From NCBI GenBank assembly GCA_964390745.1, contig CAYMIK010000003.1, positions 6,543 through 70,542 of the forward strand: a stretch of 64,000 bases of DNA, written 5' to 3'. This DNA comes from an uncultured Candidatus Saccharibacteria bacterium (GTDB lineage: Bacteria > Patescibacteriota > JAUYIX01 > CAYMIK01). The position numbers and the translations under genes are program-made. Of the stretch, positions 43,899 through 54,937 are shown one piece after another. The notes beneath the pieces are model-generated. The model made no database searches. It was given only the letters and a program-made list of their open reading frames with translations, and was not told the origin of the DNA. Position 1 is the first letter of the stretch. The number at the start of each line of letters is the position of its first letter.

Positions 43899-46800
43899 AT
43901 GAAACAAAATCCATTCAAAATTATACTAAAAAGTGTTCTCGTTACGCTTGCAACCATAGCGGCTGCGGTTGTTGCCTTCCTTTTTTCGCAGGGTGGGGTA
44001 CTTCGAAATGAACTTTTGCACGCACCCGTTACGACGGCTTCGGCTGCTGATGCCCACATAGAAGATGGTCCACCGTGCGATGAAGCTGTCAGCCCGGGCG
44101 ACATCTACCAAGGAAGAAGAATGGCCATAGATGTACCCGATCTTGGCATCAATCAAACGGCAACCGTAGATGTAGCTCATGAGTTTAATCAGAAATGCTT
44201 AAAGGGGCGGTTCGCTGATGATGAAATTCATGGTGGTTTTTCTACTGCGACAATCACGTACGACATGAATAATCTTACCAACAGTTGGGACACCATGGAA
44301 CGTGCTTTGGCACTTGGTGCACCTGAGGGCATTGAGGGAATGAAGGAGGGCTTTGAGCTCACTGAAATTTCCGTTTGGGATAACGACTTTACGAATGCGG
44401 ATACCACTCCCCATGCGGAACAAGATTTTCCTAACTCGTGTAACGTAATGTATACCCGTCGACGAGAAGGCCGAAGAAATGACGGACAACCACGCGTACA
44501 AGAACGTGCAAGTCTTGGTTCGTTCTGTTGTTCTAATGGGTGGGGAACGGAAGAGTACCTGGAAAATCCTGCCGAAGCTTACATTGGTGAAGGCATGGAT
44601 CCGTACGACGAAAAGTTTAAGAACTGGTTTGAAAGCTCTCCTGAGCCTGACGAAGACGGAAATCCTACCAACGGCTATTCTGGTTTCATGACAGGGCATG
44701 ACACATTACGGTGGGAGCAGACCACTCAATCGGTTGACATAACCTTTGAGCAAATTCCCGCAACCCACATGAAAAAGAATTTCAATTACACTATTCCATA
44801 TCCTGGTCTATTGTTTAAGCACCTTGCGGACCGCGGGCAGGGAATCGGGTACTACCGAAGTTCTGCTGTGGGATTCATGGACGACAAACAGGCTGGGAAT
44901 GGTGAGTGGGACGATGTTGATACGAGCGTTGGGTGCGATATGTCAGTCGAAATACCACTTCCTTGGGATGCGCCAGATGATCGAAACTGGGTAGTGCCTA
45001 CCGCGTATCCTTGTCCTTCGGCAACACCGGAGCATGATGCAAATGGAAAAGTAGCCTGGGCTCACAATGAACCCTATGTTGACGAAAACAACAATGGTGA
45101 ATATGATTGCCCAGATCCAAGCGACGATGCGACATGCGAAGACTTCGCCGATATTGGAAATGGATATGCGCGCCCAACCGATGGTGGAGAGGCGGATATT
45201 TGGACATTTGAAGCCGGTTCAGGATCGATCGATCAAACCGTTGCGCCAGAGCTTACATTTAACCGACAGCGGATTGACATCGCTGGCTCACCGAAGGGCC
45301 GCGCCATTCCGTATTCTCCCGTAACAATATTTTATCCGTTGACGAACATACATATTAAGGGAATTTTTGAGGCGTATTCACAAACACAGTGCAACTGTCG
45401 ACCAACAGATAAGGCTGGTGAAACGTCAATAAGCCCAACAGGACAGAAATTTGTTGGTTGTCAGGCTACGTTTGGTGATACTTTTGAGCCTGCGCAGTGT
45501 GGGTTTTGTGGTTCGAATCAACCGCTCTTAAGTGGTGAAGAACTCCCGAATAGTTTGGCTGCTCGTGGATACCAAAAAGCCTACTGTGAAGATTCGCTGC
45601 CACGTGTTACGGATGTTCGTTGGCCACCGATTAATTTTAATACCTACAGTTTCAATTGGGAGCTTTCGTCTGGTTCTTTGACGGCTGTCTTTGATTCGAT
45701 TTTGAAAGATACCGGGCAATTGCCACAGGTGGACATCAATGTTGCACCGGTCTCGCCACGAAAAGGGGACTCGGTACATGTTGCCGCCATTCCTTTGTCG
45801 TTTTTCCAAAATCCAAAAGACATGTATTTTGCTTGGCTCATAAATGGTAAAACACAGCAAGGCCTTGTTGCTGGTGCGGCCGAGCGCGTTCCTGGTCACC
45901 AGGCTCCACCGGATTTTGTCGAACAGGTTCCGGCTTCTGCGGATTTGCCCAATGGTGCAACGCTCGTACATAAGGAAACGAGAGAGTTTTACTTTGCTCC
46001 CAAGCGACCAGTAAAAATTGATGCCAATAACGATGGCATGGATGATGGCTGGGAGATGAGATACTTTGGAACAACCTCGGTTGATGCGGCAGCTGATCCA
46101 GACAAAGACGGCTACACGCCATCAGACTTTGCAAGCATTCGTCCAAGTATTTTTGCGAGCGGCAGCAATAACAGCAAAGAAACCTATGCCGACGAAAAGC
46201 GATTTATGTACATCACTCCGGGTGTCTGGTTGGGGAAGAAAACTTCTTCATGCAGCCAGGTATTTATCGTTCCTGACAACTTCAATCCTGAGTGGTTCCC
46301 AGAAGATCGCTTACCTGGATGTACAACGCAGCAGTCTGGCTTGAGCAATGCCGAAGAATACGTTTGGGGAACGAACCCTACCGATGCGGATACCGATGAC
46401 GATGGATTTCCTGACGGCGCAGATCTCGTTGGTGTTGGTCAAATGCAGTGGAGCTATGTGAATGAAACTGGCCCACTCGATACTAACCGCGACAAAGTTG
46501 GGGTGATCGTTCTTGGAAAGGGAAGCCAAGTTAGCGAAGCGCAGGCGGATACGCTCACACAGATCGTGTGCGTCGATAAGACTATTTATCCCGGGAGCAA
46601 TAACCAAATTGATTTGCAGGTGAACCTTGATCCAACAACGCCTGTTCCTGGAGAGCCCCTAACAATTACCGTCAACAACGGAGATCCTAGCATTAAAGAT
46701 GGCTTCTTGACCTATGACTGGAAAATTAACGGTGTTTCTAAGGGCGAGGAAGAGCAGGGAAAGAATACCTTAGAGATGAGCGCAGAAGAAACTCAGGGTC

Positions 46801-47798
46801 TGGTGACGGGTCAGCTTTTAAACATTGAAGTTACTGCTTACAATAATAATCCAAACCAACAAAGCTATGGCGGCGTTGGATCGGTTTCGAAAAGTATTCC
46901 TATTGGATTGCGTTACGACTCGCTAGAGATTACTCAGCACAGGGCCGACACGAATGAAGATGAAGTTGTTTTCCCGTTCCCATCAGAAAACCTCACCGAT
47001 GCAAACCGTGCTGAGGCACTGGCTACGCAACTCAAAAAGAATATTGTTATTAACCGAAGCGATGACGTAAAGATTTCTATTACCAATGTTTGGTCTGATT
47101 CGATAAGCAAGAATCTTTACTTTGAATGGACGGCTGATGGCTTGCTACAAAACAAGAAGGACGCCGGAAAGGGAAGTGGGGTAGGCAGCGGATATGCAAG
47201 CTATACGTTTAATCCAAAAGAATTCTTACCAAACGATCTCACGAGCATCGATCTTCCACCAAAGAACCTGGAAGTTATTGGTCGTGCAATTGATACGGCG
47301 ACTCAAAAAGAGGTTTTAAAAATCGATCTTCACTTTGCCTACGACAATCCAGGCATAACCATTTCAGAAGAAGGATCAGAAGATACGGGACAACTTGCCT
47401 TGAGGGCCAACACGACCTCACTTGCTGATGCTGGAAGCCTGTACTACACCTGGAAGATAGGCGATAAGACTATCTCGGAAGGAAAAGGTTTGAGCTCTAT
47501 CAAACTTTCGTATTTGCAAGCAAGTGCGGCGCCTATCGTTCAATTGACAGTAGCGGATTTGAGTGGAACCACTGCGAAGCAGGTGACGGTGGAGAAACAA
47601 ATTAACATCTTTGACTCCAATCTTTCTCTTCGCCAAAAAATTGGATACGGCGCGTACGGCTTCTTGCTCAATATGCGTTACAACTCCGTGAAAGTTGCCT
47701 ATGTTTTCCTTACGTTTAACCTGGTCTTCTTTGCCTTCTACGGATTCTATCTTGCCTTCAAAAAGAAAACACCTCAACACCATGCTCGCCAAGTATAA
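43899..47798 (+). CDS. Giant surface protein paralog 1 (1299 aa): N-terminal signal anchor, PKD/Ig-like repeats, TSP3-like Ca-binding core, C-terminal TM anchor.
   Basis: Y-x-W-x-I-N-G repeats (YFAWLINGK, YDWKINGVS, YFEWTADGL, YYTWKIGDK). Core IDANNDGMDDGWEMRY...AEEYVWGTNPTDADTDDDGFPDGADLVGVGQ. Hydrophobic tail plus KKKTPQ. Confidence 0.75.
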   Translation: MKQNPFKIILKSVLVTLATIAAAVVAFLFSQGGVLRNELLHAPVTTASAADAHIEDGPPCDEAVSPGDIYQGRRMAIDVPDLGINQTATVDVAHEFNQKCLKGRFADDEIHGGFSTATITYDMNNLTNSWDTMERALALGAPEGIEGMKEGFELTEISVWDNDFTNADTTPHAEQDFPNSCNVMYTRRREGRRNDGQPRVQERASLGSFCCSNGWGTEEYLENPAEAYIGEGMDPYDEKFKNWFESSPEPDEDGNPTNGYSGFMTGHDTLRWEQTTQSVDITFEQIPATHMKKNFNYTIPYPGLLFKHLADRGQGIGYYRSSAVGFMDDKQAGNGEWDDVDTSVGCDMSVEIPLPWDAPDDRNWVVPTAYPCPSATPEHDANGKVAWAHNEPYVDENNNGEYDCPDPSDDATCEDFADIGNGYARPTDGGEADIWTFEAGSGSIDQTVAPELTFNRQRIDIAGSPKGRAIPYSPVTIFYPLTNIHIKGIFEAYSQTQCNCRPTDKAGETSISPTGQKFVGCQATFGDTFEPAQCGFCGSNQPLLSGEELPNSLAARGYQKAYCEDSLPRVTDVRWPPINFNTYSFNWELSSGSLTAVFDSILKDTGQLPQVDINVAPVSPRKGDSVHVAAIPLSFFQNPKDMYFAWLINGKTQQGLVAGAAERVPGHQAPPDFVEQVPASADLPNGATLVHKETREFYFAPKRPVKIDANNDGMDDGWEMRYFGTTSVDAAADPDKDGYTPSDFASIRPSIFASGSNNSKETYADEKRFMYITPGVWLGKKTSSCSQVFIVPDNFNPEWFPEDRLPGCTTQQSGLSNAEEYVWGTNPTDADTDDDGFPDGADLVGVGQMQWSYVNETGPLDTNRDKVGVIVLGKGSQVSEAQADTLTQIVCVDKTIYPGSNNQIDLQVNLDPTTPVPGEPLTITVNNGDPSIKDGFLTYDWKINGVSKGEEEQGKNTLEMSAEETQGLVTGQLLNIEVTAYNNNPNQQSYGGVGSVSKSIPIGLRYDSLEITQHRADTNEDEVVFPFPSENLTDANRAEALATQLKKNIVINRSDDVKISITNVWSDSISKNLYFEWTADGLLQNKKDAGKGSGVGSGYASYTFNPKEFLPNDLTSIDLPPKNLEVIGRAIDTATQKEVLKIDLHFAYDNPGITISEEGSEDTGQLALRANTTSLADAGSLYYTWKIGDKTISEGKGLSSIKLSYLQASAAPIVQLTVADLSGTTAKQVTVEKQINIFDSNLSLRQKIGYGAYGFLLNMRYNSVKVAYVFLTFNLVFFAFYGFYLAFKKKTPQHHARQV

Positions 47799-50034
47799 AA
47801 GCATTCTTACAATTTTTGCGGTACTCGTCCTGGGTCTTTTGATTTTGGCGCCAGAAATCTCCGTTGAAGCTGAATCGGTTAACAAAATTCCTGACCGAAC
47901 GGTGGGCGCAAACGGTGCAAGTGAAACACCGGACCCTCCACAAACTTCAAGTGCCGACGTCTTTCCTCCCTTCCAGGTCAGTGCGGGCTCTATTATCACG
48001 GGCATCAACTATAAGTTTAATAGCACGCAAGACCTTACGGACGCCTTCAATGGTGCTGGCAAGAAACTCGCTATCCCAATGGTGAACATTTCTATTGCTG
48101 GAAATGGTGTCGCTGAGACAGGTGCAACAACGCTCGTTGCACAGCCATTGAATTTTTCTGGTACGTTTGTTGATCAATATTTTGCGTGGTGCGTTGGAAG
48201 CAAGGAACGAAGAATTTCACAAAATGGTATTGTTGCGGGCGGAACTCGCATTCCTCTTGATGGAAATGGGAGTGATTGCTACGACGACGTTACGAGAATA
48301 CCAAGTAAGTCTGATGATACTGACTCTAATGCCGATGGAATGGGGGATAAGTGGGAGCAGCGATATTTTGGAACGTTGAGTGTTGATCCTCGAGGTGATA
48401 AAGACCAAGATGGATTTTTACTTGATTCAACGAATGCGCCGGTTGGGCCTGACGGGGTTATCAAACTTGTCCCAAATAGTATTGCGGGGACACGTAACTA
48501 TGATACCTGTGACGGAACATTTCAAAATGCTGAGGAGTGGGTATGGGGAACAAATCCAATTGATCCAGACTCCGACGATGATGGTTATAGTGACGAACAA
48601 GATGTATGTGGTAAGGGTCAGCTCAGCTTTGGATACACACCGCCAGATGGTGTGACACAAGAGAATCCTGAATTTGCTGAAGTTATTGCTGACGGCTATT
48701 CATTGTTTAAAGAAGAAAATGGCCAGCTCCAAATGGCAAAGATCGCCAACTCTGGTCAGACGCTGTTTATATCACAAGGTCAACCATTGGATGTAGCGCT
48801 GGATTACCGCATCGTCAATCTTTCAACGGAGCAAAACCAGACGACACAAGAAAACACCAATAACGGCAAGCTTCAGAAGGATATATATGTTAACGATGAA
48901 GTAGAAATGCATGCTGCGGTAGGGAACAATCAAGAGGCTGAAGGTAATCTTCATTACCAGTGGAGTTTCCAGCTTCTCGATGGTGGTGTTGACGATCCTG
49001 CGCATCCCGAAACCGTCATTGATAGTGTCGGTCCACTTCCTTCGCATTACGGAATTCCGGACAGTCGGCTGGGTGGGCGTGCGGGATATGGTCTGAATCC
49101 CTATCGTCTTAAAATTGCCGCTGCTGGAACAGATGAAACTGGCACGGGTTTTCACATTACCCCAAAGACGGGCAACAAAGTGGTTGTCACTGTTGCCGTG
49201 AATGAACCAAGTACAGGAAAGAGAACCGAGATCCAACAGAGTTTTCCTATTGCAACTTCGGTAACGTTGGATTTTGAGCCTGGGCTTCCTATTCAGCCAT
49301 TGTACCCACAAGCAGATATTTCTACAGCTCCAGAGTACACCGTTACAGCTATTGCGCCGGGTCTTGCAACAAACGACTTTTTGTATGAATGGTATGTTGA
49401 TGAAAAGCTTCAACCGAATTCGAAGATCGGTGGGGATAGTTTGAAGTTCAAGGCAACGAAGCCATCGGGGAGTTATAAGATCTCTGTTGTCATGACACGT
49501 GTTGCTGATGAGAAAGTTTTTGCCAAGGTGACTACAAAGGCCATAGTTTCGCCCTTGAAAGTTTCCATAACCAACTGTCCCGACTACACGCAAGGTGGGG
49601 TCGTGAACGCACCAGGTAAGTCAATTGCACTGAATGCGAACATTACGGCCCAAGGAACATTTCCTGGGAGCTTGGAGTACCAGTGGTTCGTTAACGGTAA
49701 GCCGCTCACCGACGTCCTTACAGCACCACAAAATTCTGTAACCTTCATACCCACGCAAGAAGGTGCGTACAACATAAGTTACTTCATCCAGGCTGTTGAG
49801 CCTACTGAGGCAAGTGCGGTACGGTTTGTACCGTTCGCTATTGAAGATAGTTGTCTCATATCGGTAACCGGCTCTACTACCGTTACCACTGCACAGGCAT
49901 TTTCGAGGCTGGTTGCAAGCGCTGTTTTTGCTATCCCCAGTGTATTTCGGGGGGTATTGACTTTTGGGGCGATAATCTTTGTAATTTTTGGTATAATATT
50001 CCTAGTACGAAACAAAAAACACAGAAAAACATAA
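47782..50034 (+). CDS. Giant surface protein paralog 2 (about 750 aa).
   Basis: Signal anchor ILTIFAVLVLGLLILAP. DSNADGMGDKWEQRY...AEEWVWGTNPIDPDSDDDGYSDEQDVCGKGQ core. C-terminal TM plus RNKKHRKT. Overlaps the upstream stop. Confidence 0.75.
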   Translation: MLAKYKSILTIFAVLVLGLLILAPEISVEAESVNKIPDRTVGANGASETPDPPQTSSADVFPPFQVSAGSIITGINYKFNSTQDLTDAFNGAGKKLAIPMVNISIAGNGVAETGATTLVAQPLNFSGTFVDQYFAWCVGSKERRISQNGIVAGGTRIPLDGNGSDCYDDVTRIPSKSDDTDSNADGMGDKWEQRYFGTLSVDPRGDKDQDGFLLDSTNAPVGPDGVIKLVPNSIAGTRNYDTCDGTFQNAEEWVWGTNPIDPDSDDDGYSDEQDVCGKGQLSFGYTPPDGVTQENPEFAEVIADGYSLFKEENGQLQMAKIANSGQTLFISQGQPLDVALDYRIVNLSTEQNQTTQENTNNGKLQKDIYVNDEVEMHAAVGNNQEAEGNLHYQWSFQLLDGGVDDPAHPETVIDSVGPLPSHYGIPDSRLGGRAGYGLNPYRLKIAAAGTDETGTGFHITPKTGNKVVVTVAVNEPSTGKRTEIQQSFPIATSVTLDFEPGLPIQPLYPQADISTAPEYTVTAIAPGLATNDFLYEWYVDEKLQPNSKIGGDSLKFKATKPSGSYKISVVMTRVADEKVFAKVTTKAIVSPLKVSITNCPDYTQGGVVNAPGKSIALNANITAQGTFPGSLEYQWFVNGKPLTDVLTAPQNSVTFIPTQEGAYNISYFIQAVEPTEASAVRFVPFAIEDSCLISVTGSTTVTTAQAFSRLVASAVFAIPSVFRGVLTFGAIIFVIFGIIFLVRNKKHRKT

Positions 50035-52628
50035 TGAAACAAAAGTTCGCAAGTGGAGTTTTTCTGACCCTCGTGCTTGCCGGGGTTGTTTTTTTAATTC
50101 GAACGAATTTTGCCTCCGCACAAAAGATATCAACGGGCGACGAGAACGGTGCTGCCATTCAGGATAACAAAGGCGTTGACGAAGGGTTCAATAACGAGGA
50201 AGAAGACATCCATGGGTGCGTCTGGAATAAAGACGTTTTGCCCAATGGAGCAGTAAACTATCACACCGAGGAGCCACAAGCGCCGCCGGAGTTTTATATC
50301 GAAAGTCCGCCCTTGGGAGATCCATGCAATTTCTACGAACAAAACGATTGGAAGAACCTCAAGGACAAAGGTGAAGAAGCGCTTTGGCCTATCGGGTGTT
50401 TTAACCCGGTAAACCTTTACGTTACTCCACTTACGGGCTCGCTACCAGCATGGATTGGCGCGTATGGAGCCTTCGAGTTTAACAAGAATTACGATTCTTG
50501 GGATGAGATGTACTATGCCACCATGGGAGCATTCAATAAGCGTCAGAATCCACCGAACGTTGACCTCAAAGTTGCAAGCATGGATCCCGCTGTTGGCTCG
50601 CAGATGAACCTGACCGCAGGACCCCTTCGGTATAATTCGCCGCTCAATAAAATTCTCTACGGCTGGTCAACACAACTTCCTGGCGAATCATATGTAAGCC
50701 AAGAAGGTCTTGTTGCTGGTGGGCGAGAGCTCACGCAGGCTGACGTAAATGATATTAGGGTTGGTGGCAAAGAAGTAAATTTTGGTGCGTGTAAGCGTGT
50801 GACACGCAAGGTTGTAACCGACTCAGATAAAGATGGTCTTGATGATAATTGGGAGAAGCGATATGCGCCAAACGGGGACATCTCTAAGATCACGAGAGAT
50901 GGGGATGACGATAAAGACGGTATTGTGTTGGCTCAAGTGCTTGCACAAGAAAATAAGCCACCACTTGATCCAGAAGGGAACCCTATTGATGAGCCAGATG
51001 TGTATTCTGGTATTCGTGTAACGCCCGATACAACCGCCTCTTCGGCTCCTGGAGATGGTACATTTACCAACCAAGAGGAGTTTATTTGGGGAACAAACCC
51101 CGAAGATCCTGATACGGATGACGATGGTTTCCCCGATGAAGCCGACATCTTGGGCCTGGGTCAAATGAACTTTAAGGCAACAAGCCATATTGATCAGCGC
51201 GAAGGCGTTGATGATCGAATGAATTATCGAGTTGCAACGGTGGGTATTTCAAATTTTGCGAGCGAGGATAACTCTGGTCATAAAAAAGTTTTCATCGACA
51301 GCGAGGCGAAGACGGTATACGCGGGAATACAAAATAGCCTGGATGCCAGCCTCTTGAATATAAACGAGCAACCGAACGCTAACAATGTCACAGGGATTTC
51401 GCAGTTGAATAATGGCAGTGATATCTATGTTGAGGCCAGTGCCTTCCAGTCGGAAGGGGACAAGGCAGCACTTGATTACGCATGGTTTGTGCAATTAAAA
51501 GACCCCAGCAACCAAGAACTCAGCGAAAAGGTTCATGTTCCATCAACGCCAGATTTTACGAAAGAAGATATTCAGCAAGAAAGCGGAAGAATCGGGAAGT
51601 ATATTTTCCGTCATAAGCTTACGGAACTCGAACAGTACATGAAAGATAACCTTTCAGCTCCCTATACGTTTGATGGTGCGCCTGGTTCGCTTATCTACAT
51701 CACGGTGGAGATGTGTAATCTCGTAACGCACGAGTTTGCTTCGAAGCGAATTCCTATAGCCATTGGTTCCGACAAAACGATGGCTATTCAAATCACTGAT
51801 TTGAATACAAGCGAGACCATGAGTATCGAAGACTATACGGCAAAGTACTGCTCGCAAGATGTTGCAAAGAATCAGCTGCCAAACCCGGCATTTTGCGCGT
51901 ATCAAGGCAGATCCCTCAATGAAATTCTCCCATGGATCGTATTTGAAGGCTCTCGAATTGTTGTGACGGCCGAACCTATTCAGGCAGATGCAAAAAATGT
52001 CACCTTGGAATGGTGGGTAAACGGTGAGAAGGTGAACGAAGCATACGGCCCAGATTCGCAAGATAATCAACTCACAATCTATCCCGAGTCAACAACACAG
52101 GTGTACACCATTCAAGCGAAAGCATATACAAACGACAAATACAGAAATGAAATTTATAATGGACAGGTGAGTATGCAAGTGATGGGACCAGAGGTAGCAG
52201 TTCTTAATACACCACTTACTCCAACGGTGGGGTCTTCCCTTCAACTTTCTGGGCAGCTTTTGAATTTCCCTGAAACCAATGTTGGTTCGTATTCGTGGAC
52301 CATTACCAGCCCTAACGGAACGGAGCAAAAACTCACGGGCAAGAACCCAACATTGAACGTCTCCGATGCGGGAAATTATCATGTGAAATTAGAAGTTGCG
52401 TTCCAGGGTGCAGAAAATACACAACGTGTTCTTGTGACAGAAAAAGACATCACGGTTGGAACTGCAACGCTTACTCCAACGGCACAGATTCGAAAAACAT
52501 TGGCAAGCATGGCAAGCATTGTGCAGGCACAAAGTATCCGCGTGTATGAGTTTGCCTTTGTTGGTTTCATCGTGCTCATTGGCGTTCTGTACTTCTTTGG
52601 ATTCATAAAAAAACGATCAGCTGCATGA
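50034..52628 (+). CDS. Giant surface protein paralog 3 (864 aa).
   Basis: TAATG overlap start. Signal anchor. DSDKDGLDDNWEKRY...QEEFIWGTNPEDPDTDDDGFPDEADILGLGQ. C-terminal TM plus KKRSAA. Confidence 0.75.
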   Translation: MKQKFASGVFLTLVLAGVVFLIRTNFASAQKISTGDENGAAIQDNKGVDEGFNNEEEDIHGCVWNKDVLPNGAVNYHTEEPQAPPEFYIESPPLGDPCNFYEQNDWKNLKDKGEEALWPIGCFNPVNLYVTPLTGSLPAWIGAYGAFEFNKNYDSWDEMYYATMGAFNKRQNPPNVDLKVASMDPAVGSQMNLTAGPLRYNSPLNKILYGWSTQLPGESYVSQEGLVAGGRELTQADVNDIRVGGKEVNFGACKRVTRKVVTDSDKDGLDDNWEKRYAPNGDISKITRDGDDDKDGIVLAQVLAQENKPPLDPEGNPIDEPDVYSGIRVTPDTTASSAPGDGTFTNQEEFIWGTNPEDPDTDDDGFPDEADILGLGQMNFKATSHIDQREGVDDRMNYRVATVGISNFASEDNSGHKKVFIDSEAKTVYAGIQNSLDASLLNINEQPNANNVTGISQLNNGSDIYVEASAFQSEGDKAALDYAWFVQLKDPSNQELSEKVHVPSTPDFTKEDIQQESGRIGKYIFRHKLTELEQYMKDNLSAPYTFDGAPGSLIYITVEMCNLVTHEFASKRIPIAIGSDKTMAIQITDLNTSETMSIEDYTAKYCSQDVAKNQLPNPAFCAYQGRSLNEILPWIVFEGSRIVVTAEPIQADAKNVTLEWWVNGEKVNEAYGPDSQDNQLTIYPESTTQVYTIQAKAYTNDKYRNEIYNGQVSMQVMGPEVAVLNTPLTPTVGSSLQLSGQLLNFPETNVGSYSWTITSPNGTEQKLTGKNPTLNVSDAGNYHVKLEVAFQGAENTQRVLVTEKDITVGTATLTPTAQIRKTLASMASIVQAQSIRVYEFAFVGFIVLIGVLYFFGFIKKRSAA

Positions 52629-54937
52629 AACGTTTTCTTGAAAAATTTGGTGCGTTCATTGTTTCCGCTGCAATGATGGTGGCCCCATTCTTTTCCGTGA
52701 AGCCTGCACAGGCGCAGCTCACTGATGACTCGGGGCTTGCGGTGGACATAAGTAAGGACTGTGCCGATATTGCAGAAGACCAGAGTGCTCCTGACCCCGG
52801 CAATGTATTTCCGCCCGACTTTGTTATTGACTGGCCCCCGTTTATTGGCCCGCCATTTCCCACGGCGACATATCCTTTAGGCCATCTTGACTGGAAGGTG
52901 AATTCATTTGCCGAGTTCTTTGACTCGATGGGTTTTATAAATAACTCGCAATCAACGCCACCAGAAGTGAAGATTACTGCTGCCTCTTTTGGGAGCCACG
53001 AAGGTGATCCGATTACACTCATGGCGCAGCCTACGAGTTTCCAAACCAAGCCTGATCAGCTCGACTACGCGTGGTGGAATGTTGTGAAACCAGAAGGTTC
53101 GAACGAAGAAACCCTCTACAGTTTAAATGGTGTCGTTGCGGGTGGTGAACCATTCACTTTACGAGACAAGCCGTTTTCTGATGGGACGCGATGTGGCGTG
53201 ATGACGCGAAAGCCAACATTGGACGAAGACAATGATGGTATGGATGATCAATGGGAGCGCCGATACTCCGGAAAAATTGGGGGCCTTGAAGCAGGAGCAG
53301 ATCTGGATGGCGATGGTTATTTGGCTGATTCGTTTCAAGACAACGTGACGCTGGCACCGTATCGCATCGTTTCGAATTCGCAAGGTCAGGATGCGAAAGG
53401 TGCTAAGAAAACCAAATTTACAACAGGAGATAACTCCTTCGATAACCTTGAAGAATATATTTGGGGAACCAATCCAACTGATCCAGATACGGATGATGAC
53501 GGATACCCAGATGAGGCTGATGTTGCCGGCATTGGGCAAATGCAACTTCACTACACGCCAGATCTGGTTGCTGGTCAAAGCCAAACGGTTGAGCTTGACG
53601 CTATGGGGGAGACGTTTTTGAAAGGAGCCAACGAAAACCTCGTAACGCAGATCGTTGCGTATCGTTCCAATATTGCTGTTAATCTCTCGAAGCAACTTTC
53701 TATTCAGCTTGCTGCCTCAACGCAAAGCCCACAATTGGGCGAACCATTTCAGGTTCAGGCAAATTTATTTGGAACCGATGCTATTCCTGCAAGCCTCGAA
53801 TATACCTGGAGTATTACTGATGGGACAAAAAATATTGCGCTGAATCAAGAAGGCGCACCATGTAAACTCGTAAGCTTTGGTAATATTGTGGAGTGTAACT
53901 TCGGAGCGGGGGAGGTGTCTTCCGGCGACTCTGTTGTCTATGACCTCGATGTATTTGATCCATTGCTTGGTGAACACGTGAAGGCAAGCCTTTCGGTGCC
54001 TATCGGCAATACGCTCATTCTGTCAGCAAACCCCACACTAGTCCCGCAGTATCCTATTGATCAGACTGGTGAGTTTGTCGCAGCGCCCGCTGGGAATACA
54101 GAACTCGGTGAGCGATGGGTGGAGCTTACGGTAGACCTGGGCGATGGAAGTCCAGAAGACTATAACTTCGACTGGTTCGTGGATCAAACCAAAATGGAGG
54201 ATACGTGCTCTTCAATACCGCTTTCCTTCTCGGGCAAGGCAAAACCAGGAGGTGTTGGCCTGTGTGGAATTGGAACAAACATCTTGTACTATCATGCAAC
54301 AAGCACCAATACACACGTCTACGATATCGAAGTTCACGTTACGAATAAGCGCGATGGCTCTCGTCTTGCGGACGAAACGCTACAGCTCTTCACCGATCCA
54401 ACGCCAATGCCATTCCCCGGGCAGGAGAATGGGGTAGTAGGTGCTGCGTCGCAGACACAGGCATCGGCAATTCAGGTGCAAGCAACACCGGCGGATGCGA
54501 ATGCGCAGATCGTTGTACATGCGAACAATATCGAAACTTCACCAACAAATTCTTACACCTACAACTGGACAGTTGATGGGGCTAACGTCGCTAGTTCCTC
54601 ACAGAATCCTCGTGAACTTGTTTTTGCAGCTGACCCTGATAAGTCGCAGTACAATATTTCGCTGCAAGTGATTGAAAAGAGTGGCTCAAAGCTTGTATCG
54701 CAGAAGACGAGTAGTACCGTAGTTGCTGTTGATGTGACTTCAAAGTTTGACCGATGGAAGAGTGCTCGGCTCGCCTCCGTTGCTGAAACGCTCTACCCCC
54801 TGTATCATAGTATTGCCGGCAACACGAGTCTCTTCTTGTTGCTATCGGGTTTTGTGTTCATTGCTTCGGTCTATTTTCTACAAAAAAACACAGATGGTTC
54901 ACGCGGACCGGGTACCAAAGCTTCCAAGACATCATGA
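52625..54937 (+). CDS. Giant surface protein paralog 4 (770 aa).
   Basis: ATGA overlap. Signal peptide ...VKPAQA. EDNDGMDDQWERRY...LEEYIWGTNPTDPDTDDDGYPDEADVAGIGQ. C-terminal TM. Confidence 0.75.
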   Translation: MKRFLEKFGAFIVSAAMMVAPFFSVKPAQAQLTDDSGLAVDISKDCADIAEDQSAPDPGNVFPPDFVIDWPPFIGPPFPTATYPLGHLDWKVNSFAEFFDSMGFINNSQSTPPEVKITAASFGSHEGDPITLMAQPTSFQTKPDQLDYAWWNVVKPEGSNEETLYSLNGVVAGGEPFTLRDKPFSDGTRCGVMTRKPTLDEDNDGMDDQWERRYSGKIGGLEAGADLDGDGYLADSFQDNVTLAPYRIVSNSQGQDAKGAKKTKFTTGDNSFDNLEEYIWGTNPTDPDTDDDGYPDEADVAGIGQMQLHYTPDLVAGQSQTVELDAMGETFLKGANENLVTQIVAYRSNIAVNLSKQLSIQLAASTQSPQLGEPFQVQANLFGTDAIPASLEYTWSITDGTKNIALNQEGAPCKLVSFGNIVECNFGAGEVSSGDSVVYDLDVFDPLLGEHVKASLSVPIGNTLILSANPTLVPQYPIDQTGEFVAAPAGNTELGERWVELTVDLGDGSPEDYNFDWFVDQTKMEDTCSSIPLSFSGKAKPGGVGLCGIGTNILYYHATSTNTHVYDIEVHVTNKRDGSRLADETLQLFTDPTPMPFPGQENGVVGAASQTQASAIQVQATPADANAQIVVHANNIETSPTNSYTYNWTVDGANVASSSQNPRELVFAADPDKSQYNISLQVIEKSGSKLVSQKTSSTVVAVDVTSKFDRWKSARLASVAETLYPLYHSIAGNTSLFLLLSGFVFIASVYFLQKNTDGSRGPGTKASKTS

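Noticed and set aside
48823-49593. 256-aa minus-strand ORF (also 47418-48008 and 52603-53049 minus-strand ORFs)
   Set aside because: Antisense to giant paralog genes that are supported by a conserved domain architecture. No RBS; random-looking composition.
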